Assembly (NCBI GenBank): GCA_000002445.1
Contig: AL929603.2
Coordinates: 256,001 to 320,000 of the forward strand
Reading direction: 5' to 3'
Source: Trypanosoma brucei
Lineage: Eukaryota
DNA length: 64,000 nt
This document shows, in pieces, positions 11,301 to 22,186 of the stretch (position 1 is the first letter of the stretch; every line of letters begins with the position of its first letter). Made by a program: the position numbers and the translations under genes. Below the pieces are notes generated by a model, which was not told the origin of the DNA, searched no databases, and worked only from the letters and a program-made list of their open reading frames with translations.

Positions 11301-14300
11301 GTGGAGTTTTCCTCCTTCTGTTGGTGCCCTGGAGAAGATGCAAAAAAGTCAGTAAGACCATCATTCTTCGCGAACGCGCTCTCTAAGCTCTCAACCATCA
11401 CTGTGACTTTTCCTTCCCATTGCGCGCCCACCTCCGTACGGTTTCGCTTGGCAGACACTGCCCTGGTCGGCATCGATGCCGTCACAGCACAATTGATGGA
11501 CTCACCTAGTAAGTCCAGTGATTCGCATAACTTGGAGGATGCACTATCCACACAGCCAACACCCGTGCTGCAGAGCCGTGAACACACTAAACGGACACGA
11601 CCGTAGAGAGCACCATATTGCTCCATGATGGCGTCTGCAATGGGTATTTCCGCGCGCCGCTGGCCTTCAGTTGTACAACATAATTTCCACAGCTCCTCCG
11701 TCAAGCAGTACAGCTCGTCTATGGTGGAACGTGAGCCCTCTAAATCAAAGATATGCTCTTGTAACATCCAACGAACATCGTACACGAAACTCTGAAGTTG
11801 TACACACATTTCCATTGAAGCGTGCAGCTGTTCAGCACCTGTTGGCACCGCGCGGTCCTCGCATGTGCTGATAAAATCACGCAGTAGAGCAATCTGCTGG
11901 TGCACTTCGCAAAAATTACCTATCAATTCTGCTTCTTGAACGGCAACGGCGAACAGCGATTCGGCAGTACCCGCTCCGCGTTTCACTTGGGCGTCGCTGA
12001 GATCTTTGTGAGGATGCTTTTCCGCGTCGCGCATGCGCTGGAGCCAGCGTACACCACGGTAATATTCCTGCGCAGCTTCCTCAATCCGCTTGCTAGCGAC
12101 AAGGTGTTTGTGAATATTACGACAAGGAAGGAGAGCACTACTTGTAGCAAACAACTCCTCCCAACCGGAAACCTGCAGAGCGTGCGTATGCGGCACACCC
12201 TTCTCTTCCATGACGGTAAACAGCGTCTTCAAGGCGCGTAACTTTTGGTTTTGTGGAACACTGCGCGCCTGCAGAGCGTTAACACGCTCAATGATTTCGT
12301 TAGCAGCGAATTTAAGGAACTCTACACCCTCCGACATGTAACCAGGAAGTTTTCCTTCGGCAGAGTCAGCATCTTCGCCTCCCGGAGGGGCTTCACACCC
12401 CGAAACCGCAGTTTTCGCCTTGGCATTTATTCTACCCATGCGCGATCTCTTCAGACCTATATCCACAGCGCCTTGGGCACCCTGCTTCTTATTTTTCTTC
12501 CCGTTCTTTTCCTCCAGCTGCAGTGAAGCCAGGGTGAACCCCATGGCCTGGTCATCCTCACATCGTTGCTCCTCCGTCGATATGATCTGCAGCACGGGCA
12601 TCCGCAGCACGTCTTCAAGTGATGCGAGACCGCGACCCATTTTTAGATGAGATTTTTCAGCAGTGGCACGGACCGCATAATAGGTAGAGTCCTCCCAGCG
12701 CATAATGCGAGTAAATTCCTCCATATCCTCCTCGATGGGTGAAAGCGCAATCCGCAGCTTCTGCTCCACTAACTGTGAGTACTGAGTAAAGAAATCCGTC
12801 AGGTGACACGAGGCGTTTGCAAGGGGAAACGATGAGCGCCTCCCCGCAGCGGCAAGATGAAACGCAAAAGCCTTCAGCAACCGCAGGCGGGCATGGAAAT
12901 CACCACAACGGGCGCCCCACATGAAGTCCATGCAGTAGTGAAAGAACTTGGCATAACGGTCCTGTAGCTCTTCCATTGGAATTGGTTGCTGGACGCCGGT
13001 AAGATCACATAGGCTGAACCATACCTTACCAACTTTCAGTTCCCACTCTTCTCGTTTCGCCGCAAACACCTGTCCCCAGCAATGCAATTCGAGCCTCCGC
13101 CAGCGCAACACAAACGTGGACAGATGTGTCATATGATCCATTATGGACGTATCACGGGAGGCATTGCGTTCCCATTCGTAACATTCTCTCAGAAGAATTT
13201 CACACCCCGTCATAACCTTCATCAACGGTGTGGTTAACACCGGTAGTGCTGCCAAGCAAGTGGCAATGCGGGAGCAGCGACGAAGTGAAGGCGTGTCTGG
13301 ATAAGCGGCGCTTAGCTCTGTGATGGCCTGCATGAGGCTTAGTAAGGAAGGATTGAAAGCCCGGAGCTCGGATGGTGCGGGGTCCGTGAAAATATTAAAC
13401 TTGATGGCTTTTGCTTCACTGAGGGGTGTCTCACTGGAAAAGAGACACTTCGACAACAATGTTGCCCGGGCGGCGAATCCGCCGGCCATCATTTGTTCGT
13501 CCTCTGCACGCACAAGCGACCCATCCTCATAAACACCACTGCATCCCCAGCCGCGCAGCTCCTTGGAAACAACGTCAAAAACGCCTTTGAATGCCTCCAA
13601 ATGCCTGTCGCCGCAGAAAGCACCACCGTCGTTAAGCTCAAGCAGACTTTCAAAGAAGTGATAGTGCGTGTCAAGTAGCCGCTGCATGTACTTTGCACCT
13701 TGTGGCCCCGACAACATTAAGCGGGCATGACGGCCCGTCGACAACGCAGACACCTCTGGCTTCGGAGCAGGATTTAAATCAACTTCGTCATTTGTGGCAT
13801 CTTCCATCTTATCGTCCTCGGCGTCGCGGGCACGAATAAACTCCTCTTCGTAACTAGGAAAAAGTTGTTTCAACAAACCCATGTGCGCTTCATCATCGCC
13901 TTCGATAATAACAGCCTTTTCCTTGTAGAGCACTGATAACTCCTGCTCGCTACGTTCTTTGGCCTCAAGTTCCTCAACCGCACGGTACAGCTCGCGGTAT
14001 GAATCGAAAAGCTTTTCAACAAAGTCGCGCTTGATCACTCGGGCTGGAGTGCACTGAACGAGCAGCAGGCAAGAATCAAGATACGCGAGGCGTTGTTGTA
14101 ACGACTGCGACCCGGAAGAAGGCAATACCGGTGAATTAATACTGGTTGATGGAAAATGCATCATCCGCACGGCATCTGGCACGCTAAAAATCATAGACTT
14201 CCGAACTGGCCGAGTTTGCATATAGTAGCCGATGTATGCAGCCAACGTTGCCGAAAGTGCTGGTTCCGAGACGGTGAGAGTCACGTCTTCGTACCCTCCA

Positions 14301-17300
14301 TAATTATCCAACACATCGATGAACTGCTGATAAACGACTTCACTCCATGCTTTCCGCGCAGCGGCAGTTTCTGACCTTCGCTGCGCGACCACCACCTCCA
14401 GCCGACTATCGCTCAGCATGGAACTGCACGTCTGATGAAGCAAATCCACAAGTTGTGCGAATTTCGCGCCCGTCGAGTCGGGCCTCACGACGACCTTCTC
14501 TAACGCCCTTGCCAGGTGAGCTTCCTCCTCTGCTTGCAACCCCTGCAGAAGCAACCTCTGCCGACTACAACTGCCTCTCATTGATAATTCTTCTGACCAA
14601 CTAAACGCCGCATCTAAGCGCGAGAAATATACCAGCTCATTCCTTGCGACTTCTCTCTTTACTAGCCACTTGTACATGGGGTCAATTGGTGTTCTTGGAA
14701 CGAGCATTCGGCACCGCAACACCCCAACAAGAGCTATGCGACGCAGGGAATCATCCGGAGTGAAATCATTGCTGTGCACTATCATTGATAGCACCGGACG
14801 CAAGGCATCAATAAGTGGATTTCCTTGAGTTTCGGCTAGGAGAGTGCGCAGTTTGCTTAGTAATTGAACTAACATGGCAGTGGAGGGTTCTTCCGGAACT
14901 GAAAACCCATTCGTGTTCAGAGCACGATGCGGGACTTGGCACATCTCCAGTAGAGATAGAGCATCAGTCAGACAGTTTGCCTCCCATTCTTCAAATGGGT
15001 CCACCTTCGGCATAGGCAGCACACGGCAAAACTCCAACAGGTTATCAAGAGCACGCACATGGGGATTACTCTTTGAGTCGATTGCTGCGACCGACACCTC
15101 TGCGGCATAGTCAAGTGCGTCGCTAGCAAGACTTGTCCAAGACCCACAAAGAATGTGACGCCCACCGTTCAACCCGTACCGCGATAAGAAGTTAGTTGTA
15201 AGTAGGGGCACCAGTGAAGATAGAGCGGCAGCATCACGTTCCACAACAAGCGGTATGGTTGTTACCTCCCGCCACAGGGTCACATTGAGCTGTGGTACAA
15301 CGCGCAACTTCGTACAGTAAATATTAACAAACTCGAGAACCTCGCACTGCAGACGTTTCGCAACAGGCACAGAGCAGTTCGCCCTCAACTGTTGTGCCCG
15401 AAGAACCAGTGAGAATTCAGCCCGAAATATTGCACTGTCCCAGAGAGATTTCAGCAAACATTCGTGCTTTTCATGTAACGCGCTGGTAGCCGATGCCTTC
15501 CATGCAACCAGCGCCGCTCGCTCTTCCGCTGTCGTTATATGAGGGCGAACGATGCGTTTTCGAATGTTCAACCCCTCCAACACGAGCTGAAATGGAAGTC
15601 CAAGATAATTGCGCAATGACGATAAAAATTCATCTACGGCGCCAAAAAAGATGTCGGCGGTTGAGCCCAACTGCTTCTTTATCACAGAACGAATAAGTAA
15701 TACGTTCGTCAGCAGCGAAACGTAGTTGTCCACATTAATTTGATATTGAGGGAACGACGAACACACCAAACGCGCCAGTGGCCCCAGTAGCCGAAAGATC
15801 CGTTGCTGAAGAGACGGAGAAGAAAGCACCTCGACTACCTTTCCCATCGCGGAAAGCACTCGGTTAAAAGAGTTGTTGACCACCGGCGAGTCTGAGATAA
15901 AAATGTTAGCGTCACGAAGGGCTTTTAGTGACGACGCGTGTGGCCCCAACACCGGTGCGGAGGAGCACCAGATGGAATCTAGGTGGGCAGCGGCATCAGT
16001 TGTGGGCTGCAGAGATATAAGCGAAAGCACATCATTCATGCCCTGTTCAGACAGAGCATCCCCAATGGTCCAACAAAGTAATTGTCTCCGGGATTCAAAC
16101 AAAATATGGCTCAGAACACCGTCGGCACATTGATCAAGCACAAAATAAAGCACTAGATCTGATAGAGAATGACATTTTTGGTGACTTCCCTCGGCGGTTA
16201 ACTGAGCCCTTAGAGCCAACCCACTGCGAAGGACACGAATGCGTACTAGCGCTTCTTCTACGCTTTCTAGGGCCGATCCACTACCCTCACTGCTTCCAGT
16301 CACGGAAAGGGCGCTCAGAAGATCTGCTACGGAGGGAAAACACCTGCATGCATCTGACTCCCCTGCGGCCACAAGCATATCCAAATTCGTGGCCACCTCA
16401 TCCTTTCGAACATTCCAATGTCCACAACGGTTGTCAATGTATTTGTGACGAATAAACATCTTGAGGTCCTCCAGGTTGCTTGCCGCTGAAAGCATTGAAG
16501 CAGTCTTCACTAGGGTAAAAGTGTTAGGCGTACCTGAAGCTAGAGCGTCTGAAAGCTGAGTAGACATAGGCAAGGCAGAATCAGCGCTGAACAGACTGCG
16601 CAGAAACTCACGGTGGTAGCGGTTTAACATCTCAAGGTGCTCTACGCTTCGGCATGACGTACTTGCTCCGCTAATCGCGAGACTCTCCAGTGAAGGTATT
16701 TCCACTGGATGGACATAGATTTCAACCGCTCGGTTTCTCATAGCCCTCGACACCTCACCATACTTAGGATCGAGGGTCATGAAGAGACGAAAATTCGGGT
16801 GAGGTCGCACGACACGAACTTGGCCGTCAACAAGTCCCTGTTCATTCACAGAAAGCATACCGTTAGGCTCAACAAGTGGGTTGAGTCGATCCAGCACGCT
16901 GGCATTGCAGTAATTAACGTTGTCAAGAACAAGCCAATGACCACTTTGCATGGCCTCCAAAATCAACGAATCGCTCCACTCGAATTGTCCCTGTTTACCC
17001 TCCACCTGATCAAAACCGCCCAGCAGGTCAACAGTGTCACAACTGGCGTTCATAGAGAAGGTTAGCAACCGCGCTCCCGCGAGTGCCGCTGCGGCTCGAA
17101 TGCAAAATGTTTTACCGGCGCCGGTCGGGCCCGCCAATATGCAGAGTTGATTCTGCTCGGCACATGTAAGCAATGAGCGAACAACCCCCGCCTGAGAAGG
17201 GAGAAGCATCAAAGAGTTGTACGCGGTATCAATGAAAGGATTTGATCCCTGCACTCTGCGTGTCAGGAACCGAGACCCAAAGTGCACTGCATCATTTGCG

Positions 17301-20300
17301 ATGAGAAAGTGGGATTCCTGAAACGTGAGGCCACACATAGCGGAACTCCCAAATATCTTCTCAACCAACTCAACTGTTCTCTTCCGGTCAGTGTCAGTGC
17401 GCATACGTTGTGTGAAGAGCATGTCGACAAACTCACACGGCATGTCCATCACGCCGTATGCTTCCATCAACTTGGCCCAGCGTAAGATGTCACGCAAGTT
17501 GAACTCCCAAGGACTCCCGCGAACACCAAACGCACGGCGAACGACCACCTCTCGGTGGAGTTCATCTACGAAGCCCACCATCTTGCAGAGGGTTGCCTCA
17601 CCGATACCAGGAGCGACGGCAACAACAATACGCATAAGGTCTTCAACGTCAAAAGGCTCGATTCTTACCCTTGTGAACCTGTTTAGGAAGCTGCGAGGGA
17701 GACCCTTTCTCCCACCTCCTTCTGCTAGAGGGTTTTGACAAGCAAAAACACGAAAACCATCTGCAGCCTGAAACTCCTCACCCAACTCCGGAATGAAAAC
17801 CGTAGAGCGATGATCGAGAAGGGCGTTGAGGCCTTCCAGGACAGATTGACTTGCGAGATTCAGTTCGTCCAGGATCACCCACCACCCATTCTTAAGCGCA
17901 TGTAGGAGAACGCCGTCTGACCACGAAAATTGCGGACCGCCGGAGTCTCCAGAGGAGGGACATGGTAAAAACGTGCCGAAAAGATCCATTATATCGGTTT
18001 GCTCGCTCAAGTTGACACGGACAACATGTTTCCGCAGGGCACACCCCAGTGCTTCGACGATACTTGTCTTACCAACACCAGGGCTTCCTTCCAGCAGAAT
18101 TGCACGGCGCATAATGCCCGCGCGAACGAGTTTGGATAGGTTTCGACTGGTAGAGGGCGCGCCGAAGAAAAAACGCCCCTTCATCTCAGGAGGTAACGTC
18201 GGTTCCTCCAGTGTGTCGAAGAGCTCCCAGAAGGGCTCACGCAGACAATCACTGCTCACTTTACAAACTTCCCTCACTTTCGCTATGAGTGCCTCACGCA
18301 AACCGTGTGTTCCCATGTCAGATTGCCCAGTGCCCACACCGACACCGTCGAGAATGACGGCGTCAAGACCATGGACAAACGACACTTGTTCGTCACAATG
18401 ACCATCGGCAGCATTCATGAAACTAACCCAGCCAATTATGTCGCGAATGCTTATGTGCTGCGGCACCCCTGCAACTGAACATACGCTCGCTGCATCACAC
18501 AGTAGTGAGGCCATATGCGCCGCCCAGTGCGAAAGATTTTGATTCAACCGCTTGGAAAGAATAAGGGTCACCTCTTCACGCTCCACTGTTGGTCTGACAT
18601 AAATTTCAGTAAACCTGTTTCGAAGAGCGGGCGACAGCTCGCGCTTTCCAAAATCTCCACCAGGGTTCATTGTTGCAAGAATGCGAAAGTCCTCATGGGC
18701 GAAAATGACATCTGCTGTGCTCTTTTCAGCAAGGGTTACTGTTCGACCCGGTTCAAGGACACTATTCAACCTCTCAAGGACGCTATCCTCAGCAAGGGAG
18801 ATTTCGTCCAAAACAAATACCCCTCCTTTTAGCATGCATTCAACCAGCGGGCCATTTCGCCATTGAAAAATTGCGCTGCTTTGCTGATTTGGAAGAGCAG
18901 GTCGAAGGCTCCCAAGAAAGTCAGCAGCTTCACTATGCTGATGACAGTTGACAATACTAAGCCGACGTTGCAAAATTGCTGCCCAAACTTGGCAGACTGT
19001 TGTCTTGCTGCTTCCCGTCTCCCCCACCAACAACACAGGTTCTCGGTGAAAAAGACAAATACCTACCACAGTAAATAAACGCAACATGGACTCAGTCCAC
19101 ACGATACCGAATTCCTCCGCCACACGACTTTCCACATGCTTGTAGTGTTCGGCAACGTACGGCCAATGATGTGGTGAATAAATGTCACCTTCGTTGAGCT
19201 CAGTTTTTGTGATCGACTCAATAACATCCTTAACGATCTGGCGCTCCTCAGTCTTCCGGCAACGCTCTACCAACAAGAGAAACCCATGTTCTGCCATTTC
19301 CTGATATGTCCCAGGGCACCGCTCAGCCCAACGAAAAAGATCCCGCGGAGTCACGAAACCGTGACGACCTGCAAATACCCGAGAACCCTGACGTCGTATT
19401 TGAAGAGTGGTCATGACCTCCACCATTTTTTCGGCAAAACTCGGACTAAGAGAGTACCGTTGACAAAGAATGGTGCACAGCTCTGTGTTGGGTATATCAT
19501 CGACGGTGATTTCCAAAAATCGATTACGAAACGCTCTTGATAAGAGCTTGCGGCCCCCGTACACACCTGCTGGGTTCTGAGTGGCAAATATGCGCAGATG
19601 TGGATGAGGTTTTATTGTTTCTTGAGTGTCTGCGACAAAAAGTTCATGGTTATCATCAAGTAAGCGATTGAGGGCCTCCAGGACTTCAGTGGGGGCAAGA
19701 TTCAGTTCGTCTAACATAATCCAATACCCATTGCGCACGGCGTCAACTAAAATACCGTCTACAAAGCGGAGTTTACCGCGTTCATCCGAAATGTAGTGAC
19801 CCACATATTCCTGAATTTCCGTACTCTCGTGGTTATTTATTCTGATGAACTTGTGCCCCGTAAACTCGGCAAGGTACTTCACCATGGAGCTTTTCCCGGA
19901 TGATGTTGGACCCTCTAACAGTACCGGCCGATCCGCGAACACTGCTCGAGCGACGTTCAACAAGTGCCCTTTAACACTAGGTGTTAAAATAAAGGACTCA
20001 TCCTTGCGAGGCTCCTCCGATCCAACAGGTAACCAAATGTGCTCATACGCCACAAAACGTCCCCCAGAAGGGCAACGCGGCAGGGTCGGTCGCGGTGGCT
20101 CTCCATTGCCAAATACATGTTTCTTAATTAATTGTTCAACAATAGAGTGAAACTGCCGCTCCAGAGGAGTTGCAAATCCCAACATTAAACCGTCAAACAA
20201 AGCGAGGGCAAACCCATACTGCGATGTGGCTTTCCGCACATAAGTAAGAGCACGTGTCAAAGTCCTCAAACTAACTGTGGGTGGCTTCGTCCCGCCATCC

Positions 20301-22186
20301 AAAGAACATAAAGCCGATTTGGCCTTTCCAACATACTCTAGGAAAAACGAAGTCACCTCTTGAATCTTGCAATCCGTTGCCAAGTGGCCAATAAACTCAC
20401 TAACCACAATGCTAATATCACCCTGCTCAAAAGGCTCACTAACATATATCTCGGTAAATTTGGAGCGCAGCGATGGCGGAATATCCTTCTTACCGACGTC
20501 AGTAGGGGGGTTCATGTTTGCAAAAACGTGAAAATTTTTGTGCCTCTTAATTGGTTCGCTTCCAACCTTATCTGTCAGATATAACGCATCAACATCCCCT
20601 AAGACAGCCGAAACTCTTTCCAGTATCTCGGTAGACGCAAGATTCACCTCATCTAAGAGGATCCAGTAACCCTCTCTCCATGCCCTGGTCAAAGACCCTT
20701 CTTCAAAACGAAAGGCAAATGTATTCCTCGTGGTGTGAAGTGTCGCCAACAAATCCTGGGTTACATTCTCGAGATTAAGCCATCGCTCCTGGAGTTCAGT
20801 TGAGAAAGGGTGTTGAATATTCTTCAACTTAAACGAGCTGCATCCCTTAAGAATTTGTCTGACGACGACGAGCCACGAGCACTTTTTCATTGACATCTGG
20901 ACTGCGCTGAGAAATTCTGCATTTCGAGAAGCGTTAAAACATTGCGAAAAAAGATCCACAAAATCCTGATACGCGTTCCTCACAGCAACACCCACGTCGA
21001 GTGGTTTCCAACCTCCCATGAAATCACTTGTATCGGTTTGTTGGTCAAGATTGTGAACAATCAGCTTTTGACCAACCTTGTCGGCAAGATACTGAACGAC
21101 AAATGTTTTTCCAACTCCAGTTTCACCTGTCAAAAGGACATTCTCCTGTGCATCAACAGCGGCTGCTATCCGTTCCAAGAGAGACATGGAATGTTTGGTG
21201 GCTGCAAATACCGCAGTAGTTTTTAGATCGCCACTCAGGCAACCATACAGGGGCAGTGTAACTCGACCAACGGTAAAGTACTCCGCTCCCGATCGCATTT
21301 CCGGTTTGCTCTGGTAAGCAAGCGAATCGGCAACATTCGGCAAAATACCTACACATTCAGCCATAATATTGATGATGCGGATCAATTCATCACATTTTGG
21401 GAAGCCTGCCAACATACAGTCGTATGCTTCACGAAACATCATCTCACGAATTGTGGATGAAATAAATTCGTTGGAGAGGTTGGTGTTGGGAAGCCTCCTG
21501 CTCACTCGTTTGCACCACTTAAGTAACGACCGAAGGGTCACTAGTGAAGTGCCAAACAAACGAGACGGAAGGGTCGTCAGTGCAGAAACTACGCTTCTCG
21601 GAACGGAGTACAACGACGTTGCGACAACACAAATCTCCTCAGGGGGCAAACTTTTTAATACCGTAACCCCCCAAAGTTCACCAAAGGGTACGGAGTTACT
21701 CTTACGCGTCGTAAAAGTGTCACCAACAGATCGCAACTGCTGGGTGGCAATAATTCTGAAATTCGGATGGGCATTGATGCGTTTATTTTTATCCGGCAAA
21801 AATAGTGTAGACTCCTCAAGAAGAGAAAGTAAAACTGAAAAAACATCGAACGATGCTAGATCGATATCTTCCATTAGAATCCACAGACCATTTGCTACCG
21901 CAGTAGTCAGAGGACCTGGTACCCATTCGAACGCTCCGGGCACATCTGTTGCTGAGAACTTCCCAAGCAAGTCCCTGCTATCAAACGAATCGTCGACGTT
22001 TATCTGAATCATTGTACTGTACGCACCACATTCTTCCGCTAAGGCCTTAACAAAAAAACTCTTACCACACCCAACCTCACCTTGAACGAGAACAGCCCGT
22101 GATGTGTCAAGAGTTACCTTAAGGTTTCTGAGGTTCTGTTCGCTCACGGCCGTCAAGATCATTGTCTGCCAACCAAGCATGTACAT
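8384..22186 (-). CDS. MDN1: Midasin (MDN1/Rea1) ribosome-biogenesis AAA ATPase, 4600 aa. It has six AAA modules (Walker A sequences GEVGCGKS, GETGVGKT, GPTSSGKS, GETGSSKT, GSPGVGKT, GPTGAGKT), a long helical linker, a D/E-rich low-complexity region, and a C-terminal VWA/MIDAS domain.
   Basis: The C-terminal stretch EQLRLILSPTVADKLQGDYKTGKRLNMKRIIPYIASQFKKDRIWLRRTKPNKRSYQILVALDDSLSM matches the Mdn1 MIDAS region closely. It also has a six-fold AAA array and an acidic linker. AAA1 Walker A lies at residue about 37, so there is no long N-terminal domain. Confidence 0.95.
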   Translation of the reverse strand: MYMLGWQTMILTAVSEQNLRNLKVTLDTSRAVLVQGEVGCGKSFFVKALAEECGAYSTMIQINVDDSFDSRDLLGKFSATDVPGAFEWVPGPLTTAVANGLWILMEDIDLASFDVFSVLLSLLEESTLFLPDKNKRINAHPNFRIIATQQLRSVGDTFTTRKSNSVPFGELWGVTVLKSLPPEEICVVATSLYSVPRSVVSALTTLPSRLFGTSLVTLRSLLKWCKRVSRRLPNTNLSNEFISSTIREMMFREAYDCMLAGFPKCDELIRIINIMAECVGILPNVADSLAYQSKPEMRSGAEYFTVGRVTLPLYGCLSGDLKTTAVFAATKHSMSLLERIAAAVDAQENVLLTGETGVGKTFVVQYLADKVGQKLIVHNLDQQTDTSDFMGGWKPLDVGVAVRNAYQDFVDLFSQCFNASRNAEFLSAVQMSMKKCSWLVVVRQILKGCSSFKLKNIQHPFSTELQERWLNLENVTQDLLATLHTTRNTFAFRFEEGSLTRAWREGYWILLDEVNLASTEILERVSAVLGDVDALYLTDKVGSEPIKRHKNFHVFANMNPPTDVGKKDIPPSLRSKFTEIYVSEPFEQGDISIVVSEFIGHLATDCKIQEVTSFFLEYVGKAKSALCSLDGGTKPPTVSLRTLTRALTYVRKATSQYGFALALFDGLMLGFATPLERQFHSIVEQLIKKHVFGNGEPPRPTLPRCPSGGRFVAYEHIWLPVGSEEPRKDESFILTPSVKGHLLNVARAVFADRPVLLEGPTSSGKSSMVKYLAEFTGHKFIRINNHESTEIQEYVGHYISDERGKLRFVDGILVDAVRNGYWIMLDELNLAPTEVLEALNRLLDDNHELFVADTQETIKPHPHLRIFATQNPAGVYGGRKLLSRAFRNRFLEITVDDIPNTELCTILCQRYSLSPSFAEKMVEVMTTLQIRRQGSRVFAGRHGFVTPRDLFRWAERCPGTYQEMAEHGFLLLVERCRKTEERQIVKDVIESITKTELNEGDIYSPHHWPYVAEHYKHVESRVAEEFGIVWTESMLRLFTVVGICLFHREPVLLVGETGSSKTTVCQVWAAILQRRLSIVNCHQHSEAADFLGSLRPALPNQQSSAIFQWRNGPLVECMLKGGVFVLDEISLAEDSVLERLNSVLEPGRTVTLAEKSTADVIFAHEDFRILATMNPGGDFGKRELSPALRNRFTEIYVRPTVEREEVTLILSKRLNQNLSHWAAHMASLLCDAASVCSVAGVPQHISIRDIIGWVSFMNAADGHCDEQVSFVHGLDAVILDGVGVGTGQSDMGTHGLREALIAKVREVCKVSSDCLREPFWELFDTLEEPTLPPEMKGRFFFGAPSTSRNLSKLVRAGIMRRAILLEGSPGVGKTSIVEALGCALRKHVVRVNLSEQTDIMDLFGTFLPCPSSGDSGGPQFSWSDGVLLHALKNGWWVILDELNLASQSVLEGLNALLDHRSTVFIPELGEEFQAADGFRVFACQNPLAEGGGRKGLPRSFLNRFTRVRIEPFDVEDLMRIVVAVAPGIGEATLCKMVGFVDELHREVVVRRAFGVRGSPWEFNLRDILRWAKLMEAYGVMDMPCEFVDMLFTQRMRTDTDRKRTVELVEKIFGSSAMCGLTFQESHFLIANDAVHFGSRFLTRRVQGSNPFIDTAYNSLMLLPSQAGVVRSLLTCAEQNQLCILAGPTGAGKTFCIRAAAALAGARLLTFSMNASCDTVDLLGGFDQVEGKQGQFEWSDSLILEAMQSGHWLVLDNVNYCNASVLDRLNPLVEPNGMLSVNEQGLVDGQVRVVRPHPNFRLFMTLDPKYGEVSRAMRNRAVEIYVHPVEIPSLESLAISGASTSCRSVEHLEMLNRYHREFLRSLFSADSALPMSTQLSDALASGTPNTFTLVKTASMLSAASNLEDLKMFIRHKYIDNRCGHWNVRKDEVATNLDMLVAAGESDACRCFPSVADLLSALSVTGSSEGSGSALESVEEALVRIRVLRSGLALRAQLTAEGSHQKCHSLSDLVLYFVLDQCADGVLSHILFESRRQLLCWTIGDALSEQGMNDVLSLISLQPTTDAAAHLDSIWCSSAPVLGPHASSLKALRDANIFISDSPVVNNSFNRVLSAMGKVVEVLSSPSLQQRIFRLLGPLARLVCSSFPQYQINVDNYVSLLTNVLLIRSVIKKQLGSTADIFFGAVDEFLSSLRNYLGLPFQLVLEGLNIRKRIVRPHITTAEERAALVAWKASATSALHEKHECLLKSLWDSAIFRAEFSLVLRAQQLRANCSVPVAKRLQCEVLEFVNIYCTKLRVVPQLNVTLWREVTTIPLVVERDAAALSSLVPLLTTNFLSRYGLNGGRHILCGSWTSLASDALDYAAEVSVAAIDSKSNPHVRALDNLLEFCRVLPMPKVDPFEEWEANCLTDALSLLEMCQVPHRALNTNGFSVPEEPSTAMLVQLLSKLRTLLAETQGNPLIDALRPVLSMIVHSNDFTPDDSLRRIALVGVLRCRMLVPRTPIDPMYKWLVKREVARNELVYFSRLDAAFSWSEELSMRGSCSRQRLLLQGLQAEEEAHLARALEKVVVRPDSTGAKFAQLVDLLHQTCSSMLSDSRLEVVVAQRRSETAAARKAWSEVVYQQFIDVLDNYGGYEDVTLTVSEPALSATLAAYIGYYMQTRPVRKSMIFSVPDAVRMMHFPSTSINSPVLPSSGSQSLQQRLAYLDSCLLLVQCTPARVIKRDFVEKLFDSYRELYRAVEELEAKERSEQELSVLYKEKAVIIEGDDEAHMGLLKQLFPSYEEEFIRARDAEDDKMEDATNDEVDLNPAPKPEVSALSTGRHARLMLSGPQGAKYMQRLLDTHYHFFESLLELNDGGAFCGDRHLEAFKGVFDVVSKELRGWGCSGVYEDGSLVRAEDEQMMAGGFAARATLLSKCLFSSETPLSEAKAIKFNIFTDPAPSELRAFNPSLLSLMQAITELSAAYPDTPSLRRCSRIATCLAALPVLTTPLMKVMTGCEILLRECYEWERNASRDTSIMDHMTHLSTFVLRWRRLELHCWGQVFAAKREEWELKVGKVWFSLCDLTGVQQPIPMEELQDRYAKFFHYCMDFMWGARCGDFHARLRLLKAFAFHLAAAGRRSSFPLANASCHLTDFFTQYSQLVEQKLRIALSPIEEDMEEFTRIMRWEDSTYYAVRATAEKSHLKMGRGLASLEDVLRMPVLQIISTEEQRCEDDQAMGFTLASLQLEEKNGKKNKKQGAQGAVDIGLKRSRMGRINAKAKTAVSGCEAPPGGEDADSAEGKLPGYMSEGVEFLKFAANEIIERVNALQARSVPQNQKLRALKTLFTVMEEKGVPHTHALQVSGWEELFATSSALLPCRNIHKHLVASKRIEEAAQEYYRGVRWLQRMRDAEKHPHKDLSDAQVKRGAGTAESLFAVAVQEAELIGNFCEVHQQIALLRDFISTCEDRAVPTGAEQLHASMEMCVQLQSFVYDVRWMLQEHIFDLEGSRSTIDELYCLTEELWKLCCTTEGQRRAEIPIADAIMEQYGALYGRVRLVCSRLCSTGVGCVDSASSKLCESLDLLGESINCAVTASMPTRAVSAKRNRTEVGAQWEGKVTVMVESLESAFAKNDGLTDFFASSPGHQQKEENSTGGGGTDLVYRRYAETVGKLLAEARTAHSSLHTLLHDETHDRKISSAARTQLLSRLDVCVEHVGLLLQGATRALLAQSHLTLVVSRLLCILFRKGFCKSEEEEEEDGDGDGESGDGNQLDGTGMDDGQGEKDVTDQIENEDQLMSAKDKNDEEQEEKQQDKGDGSSDGEDNAADVETDFAAPKERRDDDDEEDEDDGDESEREMGSVDGEEVQERKRMKKETNEGNDLDSDDGGNADDVPEDELANEEESIDGNEGDQETANFENREAAIREAEEQQQGEDHDLAADVLEGGENDSHDGGDGDGESNTCSDEGEREGSEGDDDDNAGDSDDEAHNGSGEASSVLSDNARDIEGEDNGKDDNEGEGTCDSGDFCEDKEDDWADENVYNGGQQDEHAGEEATEEREKESKKRPRAAQQEAGTTEEQQPGEEEQQDEAGRNWKRQNRDERTQHRDNAERHNTSRNPYRAIKEAVERHQRSVQQLNLNKRVEVKKHREADNQQQNEQQSNRKEVVDEFEFDEEGEEEGMAATDEKPVVPTEATNNLPEQREVADPFSESGTSEELDEGNDEDTPPRHRKHAVEVSVDTESSEEEGDEEDAEKKKARRHVKVASKIRNDNEEEEDSFDDDDKTADSTGGGEYDKLCRGRELWQEQTAAVHTLSHQLCEQLRLILSPTVADKLQGDYKTGKRLNMKRIIPYIASQFKKDRIWLRRTKPNKRSYQILVALDDSLSMQCNNAGIMSCRAVALIAEALQQLEVGELGIACFGKETRIVHEMHEPFVAESGPRAFSEITFAQKSTNLKLLLETTLDYLDDARRRMNGQIRSSTQRLQQMMFIISDGQITEDRMELRKLLMRAEENHQMVVFVLLDVKASGGENDNNGAAPLAPISAKELAGMTPAQRMRRLKAERDSRLQRVKSNSVLDMQLVEFRDGSVVRRSYMEEFPFPHYLIVRELETLPSAIADALRQWFELLNVQH
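9350..11240 (-). repeat. Low-complexity coding region inside the midasin CDS (purine-rich GAG/GAC/GAA repeats).
   Basis: Translated as about 600 aa of D/E/G/S/N-rich sequence. This is the known acidic linker preceding the midasin MIDAS domain. It generates spurious long antisense ORFs. Confidence 0.85.
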